Positions 38,990 to 50,924 are shown, numbered from the stretch's first letter. The stretch is 51,918 bases of DNA from Chromera velia (GCA_018398765.1 JAHBMJ010000276.1:1-51918); one strand, 5' to 3'. Notes: generated from the sequence alone by a model not told the origin. Translations and numbers: made by a program.

Positions 38990-40372
38990 AAGGAGCAAAC
39001 CGCCGCAGCTTAGCCTGCTTCCGCATAAATATGAACAACTACGACCCTCCGTAGCCTAGGCTGAAGCTAAAGGCTGAACAACCATACAAGACGTGCGTGC
39101 ACTCATTTCAGATAAGCTTCGATCAGTGCACTTGCCTTCTTTGGCTCCCGGTCCACAATGAATGAAACGAGCTCTCTTACATATGTCTCTTCTTCCCCGA
39201 TACCTCTTCCCCCAGCTGCAGCAGTCCATCTTGCTCTGCAGACCCTTTCACCGATTCCTGTTCTCTCTTTCACTCTCTCTGCCAGCAAGTGAAGTTTGGA
39301 TCTAAGCTGCTCTATTTGTACGTATGCAGACAATCGATGCACCGCATCATCGATCACCTTTTTACCTTCGACTGCAGGATAGTGAATACAGTGTTCTTTG
39401 CAGGATCCACCATGTCTCTTTCCCCCACCAGTATATGCTCGAAGGAGAGAGGTGAAAAGAGAACTACCAGACAAGAGAGAGCAAGGCAGAGTACGCAATT
39501 GAACTGTATAACCCTACCCTCTTCTAACCCTCCCCCCTAAAAGCAACATGGCCAGACGCTGGTATGATCGGTTCTCTATCTGAAAATTACTCAGTCGGGA
39601 GTTGCATGGATAGATGCCACATGAACGGGTGAGCCTATGCTTGCCGACGGGTCTTGAAGTCAACCATTCCAATAACCATTCTGAGGCTTCCCTTTCCCTC
39701 ACTTTCTGCCTGAGTGTCCATTTATTCGTTCCACTTCTCCCTCTCTGGCTTTCTTTTCTCAAAAGATCTGGTACGATTGTCTGAAGCATGCTACTGGCTG
39801 AATTGGCCCATACCGGGGTCAGCGATCTGTACCATGCATCCCAGACTGCCCGAGGAACCTCCTTTTCCGTTCTCTTTATGCTTTCTATGAAACTTCCCAA
39901 CCGACAAGAAAGGATCTCTCTCATGGGACGCACACCAACCGAAACCAAAGTTGGCACCTTAAAAGAGTTATAGGGCAAACGGAATGTTCAGCGTACAAAT
40001 CGAAGCTACAATGCATCAAGTGCAACGATATCTCTCTGACTTACCGGCAAGGCTTCCAGCAAGTACGTTGCTACGGTGACCGGCTCCTAGAGCGCCTGCA
40101 GTAAACGAACTTTACATCGAGGGGGCAAAGGACCTAAGGATGAACAAATGCCCATCACTGCCCCCAAACAGTGTTCAGCACTTTCAAGTCGGTCCCTGAC
40201 TGACTTTCTTGGGTCCCCTCCCTCAAACACACGACACCCAAGGTATTTATAGCTCTCTACACGTTCAACTGTCTTCTCTTCAAAAATCACTCCCCCTTCT
40301 ATTTCCCTTCCTGAGCCTGAGAGTGCAAAAACTTTTGTTTTCTTTAAATTCACTTTCAACCCATGTTCAACT
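38990..40372 (-). mobile_element. 5'-truncated, decayed LINE (end of RT domain plus C-terminal region; RTE/RTEX-like)
   Basis: EHGLKVNLKKTKVF...VERVESYKYLG...AEHCLGAVMGICSSLG, with in-frame stops and a degenerate C-terminal zinc knuckle. Homologous to the plus-strand copy at 41350-42650. Confidence 0.85.
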
Positions 40373-40691
40373 CGGGGGGCATTGACTTAAAGTTTGTTCC
40401 TAGCGTCTGGCCTATACGTCTTTCGTCTCTTCCTTCTGTGTTGGTTACTGCTCTTTCTGCTAGCTCTCTCTCTCATGTGACCTCATACTTGACGCTCCTC
40501 TGTCCGAATGCCTTCTTCGGCATTTGCTAAGCATGTTCAATTAATAATTGAAATTAAGGTTCATATATATAATCAAATGATTTACGGGAAACTTAAATGA
40601 GTCCTAGAATGAGTCCGATCAAGTCTGGGAGTCGGAGTCCCTTCTAGGCCATGCAGTGCTTTTTTTTTTTTGGCCTGAACGCTGAAATGTA

Positions 40692-42777
40692 TTGCACATT
40701 GCTCCCGTTCCCAAGGGCCCGCCGAGTCTCGACTGTAACGAATGGCACCCGATCTACATTGTGGGGCTTCTGGGTAAGATTTTTGCTTTATTAGTGGACT
40801 CAAAGATCAAGAAAGAGGTGAAAATTGACGAAAGGCAGCTCGGTTTCAGACAAGAAGTAGGAACAAAGGAGGCCTTCGCTGCTCTGCCTTCGTTAATTCT
40901 CAGCTCCAAAAAGAAGAAGAGCCCTCTGATTGCAGCGTTTGTTGATTTCAGCAAGGCGTTTGATACAGCTCCTCGGGTCAAAATGTTAGAGAGGCTCAGG
41001 GAGGAAGGAGTAAGCCAAGCCGATGTTTGGATAATTCATTCGATGTATAGTCAGGTGAAGGCTTGGGTGGATAGGGTAATAGAATGCTTTCCAGAAGGCG
41101 GAGGAGTAAAACAAGGCGAACCTCTCTCTCCTCTTCTCTTTCTTCTTTTCATCAATAATCTGCATAAGTCTGTCAGCTCCGATAATGTAAACAGGAATCA
41201 AAGCTCGGCTGGGGGTACTGATAGAGAGACTCTTGTCAGACTGTCTGACGTTTTAATTGAAAGCATCGGACACGCTGACGACCTTGTTCTGTTTGCTCAC
41301 AGTGCTTCAGACTTACAAAAACGTCTGTCTCACCTTGAGGACTATTGTAAAGAGCACGGCCTGAAGGTAAATTTAAAAAAAATAAAAGTTATGCGTCTCT
41401 CCTCCCCCCACCCCGACCTAGTGCCCCGGACCCCTTTTCTTTATTAAGGCAGACCAGTGGAAGCGGTGAGTAAATATAAGTATTTGGGCAACTGGGCTTT
41501 TGAGGTCAGAGACCTTAGCAAGACAGTCGAAGCCCGCATTGAGGTGGCAGAGAAGGCACTGGGGGCTGTGTTTGGTACTCTTTCTTCTCTGGGCTTTGTT
41601 TCTCCCTTTTCTAAAATTATTTTGTTTAAGGCCCTCTGGCTGCTAGTCGCACTGTATGGACTGGAAACAATCCCGCTGAGAAAGACAGATGTTGCCTGCC
41701 TCGATGCATTACAGTTACGTTTTGTTCAATGTTGTTTTGGTATCTCTTATCATTCCTTTGTTTCACCTTCCCTTCTCTCTCCCTCTCTCTCGAGCCATTC
41801 AGTTCTCTACTTGGTAAGTTGAGTGGGGGCTTCATCCAATGCATTAAATCGATCGACCGTGTTCTACCCTGGGCAGTGTGGAATGAGTGCTTGGCTGGCT
41901 CATGCGAACCCTTCGTTAAGACAGTAAAATGGCTGGCCGTTCCACTAGATTGCTCCCTTTTGTAGCCTCCATTGCCAAGCCTGGTGGGGGATAAGTTTAA
42001 AAGGAAGGGCAAAGGCAGAAGGAAAAGGGCGGTAAAAAAGATCGTAGAGGGTGCCTGGCTGTCCGACTGGTTAAAAGAAGAAGCTAGAAATGTTAGAGAC
42101 AGAGACGGAATTTTCCCCCACCTTGCGATTCTCTCCTCCAGTCAGAGAATCCGACCAGACAACGTTTGGCCATGCACCTTCTGTATGAAAGGAAATGACG
42201 TCTGAGAAGTGAAATGATAGAGTGCAGTGTTGAACCTCTGCCAAAGAGTCTGCTGCAGTCCTCCGTAGGCTTCCATACGCTTTTCAGGGCTCTCATAGGG
42301 GGGGATATAGATAGAACCTAACCAGAACGGCTGTGCGATAAATGTTTGTCCCCCTTGCGTATGATCAAAGATGAGATTCATGTCCTGACGGAGTGTAAAG
42401 ACACAGAAAGGGAACGGAACAGGCTAGGAACAGGCTGAAAGAACTGTACGAAATTGTGAAGCAGAAAGCGCCCATTGACACAAGAATACAGATTGCACAA
42501 CGCGTTGCAGATGCAACTGGGAGGGGCACTTCTGATAATGAGAAGAAAATGAAGGATATGGTGTTGCTGTTGTGTACAATCCTGCCTAGAAGCGGTTCCA
42601 AAGCTATAGCTGACTGTCTCAAGAAGGTCTATTCTGTCGATAAAGCAAGTTGAGGCGAATCAATCCGATTGGCATGCAGGCTTCCTCATCCCCCCTCCCC
42701 TGAATGTGTGCTCTGGGTTGTCCTCAAAGCCTTGCTAGTAGCTAGCGTGCACTAGATAACAAAAGAAAAAAAAAAAC
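40692..42777 (+). mobile_element. 5'-truncated LINE pseudogene: reverse transcriptase plus C-terminal CCHC knuckle (RTEX-like)
   Basis: RT motifs QLGFRQ, FVDFSKAFD, GVKQGEPLSPLLF, HADDLVL, GLKVNLKK, YKYLG. ERLCDKC-x11-H-x4-C at 42334-42396. Several stops and frameshifts; A-rich tail at ~42760-42777. Confidence 0.92.
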
Positions 42778-42938
42778 TAAGAAAACTTTTTTTTTTATCG
42801 ATTTTTTTTTATTTATCACTGAAATTATCGGCCCCTTAACTAGATAAAACACTCTACTCTAAGAGACTAGATCTGACTGTTGTTGAACCAGAGGTGTTAA
42901 AGACCCAGCGCTTTATATAGTAAACGCAGGGTCGGCCG

Positions 42939-43023
42939 GGTCGGCCGAAGGCCGACCTGGCAGCTAGACCCGGCTCAAACACGGTGCGCCGGGGAGCGGC
43001 CGAAGGCCGCAACCCGGCGCACC
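42939..43023. other. Pair of GC-rich hairpins with GGCC-GAA-GGCC cores
   Basis: ggtcggcc-gaa-ggccgacc (42939-42957) and ggtgcgccggg-ga-gcggcc-gaa-ggccgc-aa-cccggcgcacc (42983-43023). Confidence 0.85.
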
Positions 43024-43443
43024 ATACCTGGGACGTTCGGGGATAAAGAGACAGACCCGGCTCCAAAAAGTTGCATAAACTGATCGACCATCCAAGTCTA
43101 GCATGCGTGATGAAGAAAATAAGATCATCCGACAGCTTGAATCAGTTGAACACTCTCTGGAAAAGTGAAGAGGTGGAACGAGAGACTCTGAGTAGAGACA
43201 GATAAGTGTGAATGTGCATTGATGTGTGTATTCGTATGTTCATGTGTGTTCTAGTGTATTGTACTGGTGGTCGGTAGGAGCGAATGCAAAATGACATGAA
43301 AGGAATGCAATAAGTGGTTGTGTAAAAACGTGGTGATCATTCAAAACGTATGTGATTTCCAATTGGAAAATTAAATTCCCAATTAGAAATTCAAATTTCC
43401 AATTTGTATTTTTTTTAGGTTTAATGTGTGTGTAAAGCTAAAA

Positions 43444-43651
43444 CCCCCCTGACACTCCAGTAAACTTGAAACGCCGCGCTGTAGGCGCGGCCAGACTTGA
43501 AACGTCTGTGCCGCAGACGCCGCAGACGCGGCCAAAATAAAATATACTTAAATTTTTTTGTGGAAGGTGCAGACAGTCTTGAAAGAACTATACCGCAGGC
43601 GCGGCCAGCATTAAAAAATCTATTTCAAGACAGACTGGAGTGTCAGGGGGG
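43444..43651. mobile_element. piggyBac-like MITE, 18-bp perfect TIR CCCCCCTGACACTCCAGT
   Basis: TIRs at 43444-43461 and 43634-43651. The right flank is TTAA and the left flank is degenerate (TAAAA). Internal repeats acttgaaacg and aggcgcggccag. Confidence 0.8.
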
Positions 43652-43899
43652 TTAAAGCTAATTGGTGTTCAGATTTGAAATATATGAGTTTTAAAATGTT
43701 TATGCATAAAAATACAGCTTTGTACACTAAGTTCTTCACACAGAAAAGAATGTTTCCAAATTGTTTCGAATTGGGAATTTGGGATTCGAAATTCCTAATG
43801 GGGCATTCCAATTGTCCCAATTACTCGGAATTTACTCCCAAATGCGATAGGGTATGCCTTTAAAAATTGATGCAAATAATTATTCAGTATATACATCTA

Positions 43900-44221
43900 G
43901 GGGTAATTTTCAAAAAAAAAGAAAGTCTTCAGGGTATTTTTTTTTTTTGCTTTTCAATGATGATAAATGATGACCTCCATCAAGACGTAACAACCATATG
44001 CAACACCTTGCAACATAAAAGCAACAGTTGTATAACAGTGCAACAACATTCATTTATCATTATAACAAAGAAACAATAGTATAACCACACTTAAACAACA
44101 CTTTTTGATTCGTGCAACACATCAACAACACTGAAACAACATATTTTTTAGTTTGACATCAGAAAAAAAAACAAACAAAAAAGTGAAAATGACCTTTTTT
44201 TTTTTTTTTGAAAATTACCCC
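43900..44221. mobile_element. MITE with GGGGTAATTTTCAAAAAAAA TIRs and TA flanks (copy 2)
   Basis: ta|ggggtaattttcaaaaaaaaa ... tttttttttgaaaattacccc|ta. Its right subterminal gtgaaaatgacc is the reverse complement of the left subterminal of copy 1, so the copies are oppositely oriented. Confidence 0.88.
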
Positions 44222-46307
44222 TAGATATACATCAGCTCTAGAATCAGATTTACTGACAGCGTTACTGCTTTGGTGCACCTAACTTCAGGCTGAGAGTCGG
44301 ACTGCGCATGAGATTCAGTCTTTTTTCTTTAAATACATCTTATTCTCATTCTCATTCTTATTCTCTCTCTCTCTCTCCCCCCCCCTCCCTCCCNCCGGCC
44401 GGGCCGGCCCTCTCTCTCTCTCTCTCGTTTTATGGATCGATCGACCGAGAAGAACCAGAATGAATCTGTCATCGATTGCGGAATCCATCGGATCCTTCTA
44501 GGGATCCTTTTTGCGAGGGTCCGGGTGCACAGATGGACCTGGAAGCAGAGAGACCCTGAGCGACCCAAGGCGGCGCAAGCCGCGGACCGAAGACGGTGAA
44601 CTTCCCCGGGTGACGTGAGGTCGCCTGCCAATCTGGAAGAGCCCCAATCAAGCCCCGACTATAGGTGTCCACTCCCTTTGTCCTCTTCCACTTCCTGCGG
44701 CACCCGTATAAAATTGTCGACAATTAAGGGAAGGAGGGAACTAAAGGGGGGGAAACAGAAGGGCAGCTAGGGCCGCCCTGGTATGATCTGACAGTCTGCG
44801 ATCGAGCTTACTCATATCCGGGACACCAGCTGGAGAGAGATCTCAGGAAAATAGGTCTCCCTTTCGTTAGAGGCCCATCTGGGGTGTGTTTGATCTGTTT
44901 TTATTATTTTGCGAGTAAGTATGGACACATCTGAAAGGCTACAAAAGCAAAAAGAGACGGAGCGAATATTGAGAGGAGTGCTGCACGCGCCTTCAACAGC
45001 GCCTGAAGAGAAACAGACAACTAGGTTTCCAGGTGGCCAGGCAAAGCGGGAGATAAGTACACAGTCTTCAGCCATTTCCAACACAGGGAGACTGATACAA
45101 AAAGAAAGCTTTGAGGGCATAACTACATCGAACAGAAAGGAGCAAGAGGGGGCTCCCAACTGATGAAGGCACAAATCCAACAAGAAGACAGCTCTCACAC
45201 TTGTAACACAATTTCTCACGTATGAACGAAAGTGACCAAAGAAAACAGAATAAAAAACTAGTCTGAGCATGTCAGCTGATACGGAAAGTCTGAGGTCCTT
45301 TTCAGAACAAGTGCTTACCGAAAGGCAGAAGAGTCACCCAAGAACCAACCCAGGCAAAGGAACGAATGCCAATCGAGGTCTCCAGGGTCCGACAGCTTCC
45401 TTCGACTCCGCGAAGTGCGGGCTGAAAAGCCCATGCAGAAACTTTTGGATTTTTTCAAAATGAGATTCAGGCAGGCAGGGGGGGACGGAGATAGGCCGCT
45501 GGTCAGAATGTGACCGTCACCTTGCCAAACTCCTGCGACACTCGCTGCCTTTCGCTGGCAGCCCACCACTGCACTCTCCCGCCCACAACGCTGAGCAGGC
45601 AGTGGACCAACAACTGCTGCTGATCCGTCTGTGCTCCCCCTTCCTCATCCACTCCGGCGGCAGAAAGGGAAGGAAGCAAAAAGGGGGGGGGGGCTGGTAG
45701 CACAAGACGCTGTGCTCACTGTGTGGCCAGACGTGGCTAGCAGACACACACACGAACTCGGGGGAGCAGCCGCTTCCAGTGCCGACAGTCGGCTTGTGCC
45801 TGAACAGCGCCTCACTCACCCTCCCTTGAGGAACAGTCCTTCCGTCTCCACAATTAAGAGAACGAATACAAAAGACGGTTCACATCTATCTCCATGGTGG
45901 AAAGAAGGGCATAGTGGACTCTTTCGTGCAAGGCGAGGCGGTCCCATCCTCCCTCCATCAACCTCCAAGACCAGGCAGGGCACTGGCTGCCTCGAATCCA
46001 TGTCTTCCCTTCCCTCCCCTCCTACGAAGAAGGAAGACATTTGGGAGGGAGGGATTCTTCCCTCTCTGTCTGTCTGTCTGTCTGCATTTTCGCTCGAAGA
46101 GGCAGACAGGGAAGCTAGCATCAACAAAAATTGAATTGGGGTGCTGGTTTTCCTGCAGCTTCCGTCTGTTGGCGCTTCCCATGCTCGACCCCACAGATCC
46201 ATCCATCTCCTCAAATATCTCTACAGACGACTTTTCCCCTCCAACGTCCTGTTTTTCTTTCCCTCACCTACCTAACTTCTCTTTCGTTCCTTCCAATTCT
46301 GCTCCCT

Positions 46308-47006
46308 TCACCTCCCCATCTCAAGCTCCCTGTTCAGCTTGCTGCTCGCTTGCTGGACCCCGCTGTCCCCTTCGGTGTTCTCCTGTACCCCGCCCTCAGG
46401 TGCCAGAACAGCACCAGAAGAGGAACAGGGAGAGGACGTCATCTCACTGAGACCCCCCTCTCCGTCCTCTCCCAACCCAATATGAACCCCGCCCTCCCCG
46501 TTCACCTCCTCCAATGTCCGTGCTGTGCCCAGCTGTATCAGAGCCGTGTCCACATGCCCAGAGATACCAATGGTAGTGGAAGAGGGGGAAGAAGGGACCG
46601 GAACAGCAGCAGGGGAAAAAACAGCAGAGCGCACATACGTCCTTCCCCCCCCCTCCTGCAGCACCCACTCGTCCCCTCTGGTCTCGATGAAAGAGCGGAA
46701 CTGCACGAGATCATGCCAACACAGAAACAAACAAACACATATACAGCAGCACAAGATAGAGGGGGGTCTGATGGGGAAGGCAGACGGAGATGGAAGAAGT
46801 CAGGCCATTGAAGGAACAATTTCCCAACGATGAACAATTCCCCAAGGAACAAGCTAACTGAGGGATCGAAGGAAGGTACACTCACTCACTCACTCACTCA
46901 CTCACTGACTACTGACCGAAAGACTGCCCAAGTAGGGGTCCACATCACACGAGAGCAGATCCTCCACCTTGTTCTTCAAAGCCGACAAGGGAACCCATCT
47001 GTACGC

Positions 47007-47048
<42 letters not shown>

Positions 47049-47681
47049 TTTCTCTTTCTAAGCTTTCCTGGTTGTGCACCGTTGCTGCCTCTGTCAATTC
47101 TTTGCAAGCGGAAGGCCCGAAGGGAAGCAAAAAGCAGGAAGAAGAGCTGGATTGAAGAGAAAAACAGAGGTACACAAGAACGGAAGGGCAAGAAGCACAA
47201 TCTGATTTTCTGACTGACAAAAAAGAGGCAGACACGGTCAAACTGACTCATATTCACTGTTGCGCTCCAGCCGGACTCCTCTCGACTCCATTATCAGATC
47301 TTCAAAGGCCCCCTGCATCCACCCAGAGAGTTTGTCTGCAGTCTCCGTGTCTGGTCCTGTCGCTACTTCCTCTGCCTCCTCTTCAGACTGGACTACCTCT
47401 TCCTCTTCTGCCCCCCCCCTGGAAGGTGTGTCTGTGGTCTTGCTTACAAATCCATCATCAGTTGAAGAGAAGGAGAAGGGGGTGAATTTGTCGACTGAGT
47501 CTTTCAACTTGTAGGAATTCGAGACACCAAAAGCCACCACTCGCTTTCCTGCAAAAAAAGCGACAGGGATGGCGGAGGAAAACAAGTGAGGTGAAGAAAA
47601 CGTGTTCTTTCGGCTTGCGTTCGCTTTCCTACGCGAGAGCGCGTGCCTGTTTTTCGTTCTTTCTTTCTTTCTTTCTTTCTT

Positions 47682-47721
<40 letters not shown>

Positions 47722-48060
47722 TGTGTGCGTGTGCGAAGAGAACCTGGCTGTGAAGAGAATGAGAAAGAGAAAGAGGGAAAACTTCGACAGAGCAGACGAG
47801 AGAAAGCCTGAAAGGGGGGGGGAGCAAAAAAATAATGAGAGAGTAAAAGACTCTATAAACCAATCCTGGCTAGACGAAAAAGGAACAGAAAGCGACGGGC
47901 AAAAAGAAGGAGGCAAACCCACCATTTCGACGAAGTTTTCGGCCCAGCGCATTGAAATCCGCGTCTCCAGTCACCAGCACAAATGCTTCAACATCCCTGC
48001 AGGGAGGTAGACAGCAAACAAGGCCCACGCACACTCCTCTGCAGTTTTTGCTGTCTCGCG

Positions 48061-48097
<37 letters not shown>

Positions 48098-49779
48098 GCA
48101 CGCACGCACGCACGCGATATCCCACCCGAAAAAATAAGCACAGAAAAACTGGAGAGGAAGTTTGGGAGGTGGCAGAGAGTGTCAAAGAGAACCGAGGGAG
48201 GAGACCCTTCGAGCATTTTCTTTCAGCTCAACTCACTGGTCTGTGTAGAGAATGTCCATGGCGTCCACAATGATCCTGGTGTCCACTGCATTCTTCCCTG
48301 CATAAATACACAGAAAGTGAAAGAGAACAGGCACACCAGTGGGCCGACGCACAGACTCTCTCGGGCACACACGCGCCCACATGCAGACCGAGCGAGAAAC
48401 AGAGAAGGAAGGGCCTGAAGAACAGTAAGCTGAAAGATCATGGCGACCGTATACGCGCAAGGCAGAGGGGAAGAGACCCGCCCAGGCACTCTTTCGTCCC
48501 CCCCCATTCTTCCGTATTTAAACGATGGGAGAAACCCTCGCTCCCTCGGTCTTCCCCCCCAAAACCAGACCCTACAACCCACCAGGAATAGAAGGTTGGT
48601 GGACCTGTTCGAAGTTCTCTTGCTGAAAGAAACGGGCCAGCCTGGGGTCGCACTCAAGCGACCAATCGGCGAAAGCCCTGCAGGCAACGAGGCGGAGGAG
48701 GGAAGAGAGAGAGGGCAACGCCACAACGGAAGACACGGTGCATCACGCGGATGCTTTCATACATCTGCCTTCTTGCCGCATTGCTTGCATGCATTCGTTT
48801 TTGCGTCACCAGATTGTACTTCACATTACAAGCGGCAATGAACAGGGTGGAAGGACCCGTCTTGGGTAAGGTCATCTGTTTGTCTGTTTATCCGCCTTCT
48901 GGTTTCTGTGATTTGATTTTAACCTACGAGCTTCCGCTGCCTGGAATCAGAACCGACGCGGGGACACAAGGAAAACGAATGCCGCGCTTCTGCAGAGTGC
49001 GAACTCTTTCCAAGTTACCGGTCCCATGCCCGTGCTGCCGCATCCTGCCTAATTTTATTCCTGCGACAGGTTCACTCACGCTGCCGACCCACCTCTTTAT
49101 ATAGGGGTAGCCGAGCTTGTGAGCCTCGGCCATCACTTCTTCAAGAAAAAGTGCACCTACATTCTCTGCATCCACGAGAACCGCTATCTGCAAACCGCAA
49201 ACGATGAATAAGACGGGTGAATTCACACATATTGGAGCGCAACAGAAGAGGGACGGACACTTCACGAACAGCAGATGAGCGCAGACCAAAAACCCTATGA
49301 AAGCAGAACGACAGTTGGGACTGGAGCAAAGAAGGGACCACGGAAACAAGGAAGCAGGGAAGGGAGAACGAGAGCCTATCGGGGGAGGGATTGATGCACA
49401 CGCTTGCCTTTGGGAGACGGCGTGCTGCGTGCTCGTATTGGACGGCGCTCTTCAGGGTCCCCTTTTCATTCAACGCCGCAGCCTTCCGACTTCTATCCGC
49501 GTACAGCGCTCGTCTCTCGATTTTTCCTTTTTTGTCTTTTCTACCTTCCATCCCTCTTTCGCTGTACAAAGAGGACATGCCCTCTCTTGTGCTGATGCCC
49601 CTCTCTTTTTTTCGGGGGGGGATGGAGGAAATGTTCCCTTCCCGTCTCTGCCCGGAAACACTCTCTTTGGCGCAGCTCAAGAAGGCACTGCTGTGCTGCC
49701 CGGGTTTCAAGATAGAGGAGGAGCAGGCTGAAGGGGTGAGGCAGCAGCAAAAAGGGAAAAGGACGGTGAAAAGCCTCAT
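46308..49779 (-). CDS. NYN-domain / OST-HTH protein, paralogue 2, with signal-peptide-like leader, 8 exons, ~492 aa
   Basis: Exons 49779-49402, 49187-49093, 48677-48583, 48297-48237, 47996-47923, 47548-47248, 46998-46917, 46700-46308. Motifs IAVLVDAENV, RAFADW, GKNAVDTRIIVDAMDILY, FVLVTGDADFNALGRKLRRNGKRVVAFG, then WVPLSALKNKVEDLLSCDVDPYLGSLSFRSFIE. The 3' end is tentative. Confidence 0.85.
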
Positions 49780-50759
49780 TGTGGGATGAAGGGCAAGCGA
49801 TTAAGCAACACTCGGCTTTGATTCGGAAAAAGGTTTCTCTGTCAACGCAGACACACAGGCACAGGCAGAAGGCGGCCACAGCCCGTGCAGACCCCACACT
49901 TTCTGGGCGCGAGTGTCTCCATGCAGACGAACAGCATCGTACAACGGATTGATGGAAAGGCTGCAATGAGGCTATGCCGGACCATTTTCCTTTCGGAGGA
50001 CCCGGGTGGGGCCCCGGGTCCGAGCAGCAGAAGCTCTAACTCCTGCAGTTCCAGGATGGGAGAGCGACTTCGAACCAAAAAATCGAAAAAAATCGCACAG
50101 AAACGTGAAGGGTACCGTTCGACTCGTCAGAGTTCACACATCATTTTGCCAAAGGTTCGAGGGATTCGGTGCGATGGATCGCGCGGTATGAAACCGCAAA
50201 ATTCTGCCGAAATCACAGAGGCCACGGCATGTCTAAGGGCCCGCTGCGCGCGCGAAGTCTCGCGACTGCGGTCAAAAGAGCCCCGGCACACATTACGCGC
50301 GGCCCAGAAAAGCGAAAACGCCCTGCGACGCCTGCGAATTAGCTGCCGTGGCCCCCATGTGCCCCCCAAACAACCCAAAAAAGCATGCTTTTTCAGTCCT
50401 TTACGGGGCCATCAAAAAAGCACCATTCTGCAAACCAAAAACCTGTCATTTCCAGCAACTCCACTGGAGAGTCCCCGAGCCCTGCCCACACCAGGGAGCA
50501 GCAGAATTGTGATCTTGTTCTATATGAGGCGTGTGTTTCGTTTCCTCCCGACTGGGGGAGGGTCAGGGGCCGGAGAACTCGAGACTTGTTTTCCGGTGTT
50601 GCTGGCGGTCACCGTTGGGCTCCTGGACGTGTGGAAGGATCGACGTGGTAAGTCTGCAGTGCCTCGAGCAGTGCTTTCTCCTCACCAAAGTGTTGATAAT
50701 GCTTTGTGTGCCATGCCTGCAGGTCGCCTACACGGCGGGGGGGGTCGTGGCGACCCCCC

Positions 50760-50924
50760 NNNNNNNNNNNNNNNNNNNNNNNNNNNNNNNNNNNNNNNNN
50801 NNNNNNNNNNNNNNNNNNNNNNNNNNNNNNNNNNNNNNNNNNNNNNNNNNNNNNNNNNNNNNNNNNNNNNNNNNNNNNNNNNNNNNNNNNNNNNNNNNNN
50901 NNNNNNNNNNNNNNNNNNNNNNNN
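50760..50924. other. Assembly gap flanked on both sides by the same G-run/C-run hairpin
   Basis: N run; ggggggggtcgtggcgacccccc occurs at 50737-50759 and again from 50925. Confidence 0.95.

Noticed and set aside
44430..46300. Further 3' exons of NYN paralogue 2 or a separate gene
   Set aside because: There is an in-frame stop at 46308 and no convincing phase-consistent continuation or motif.
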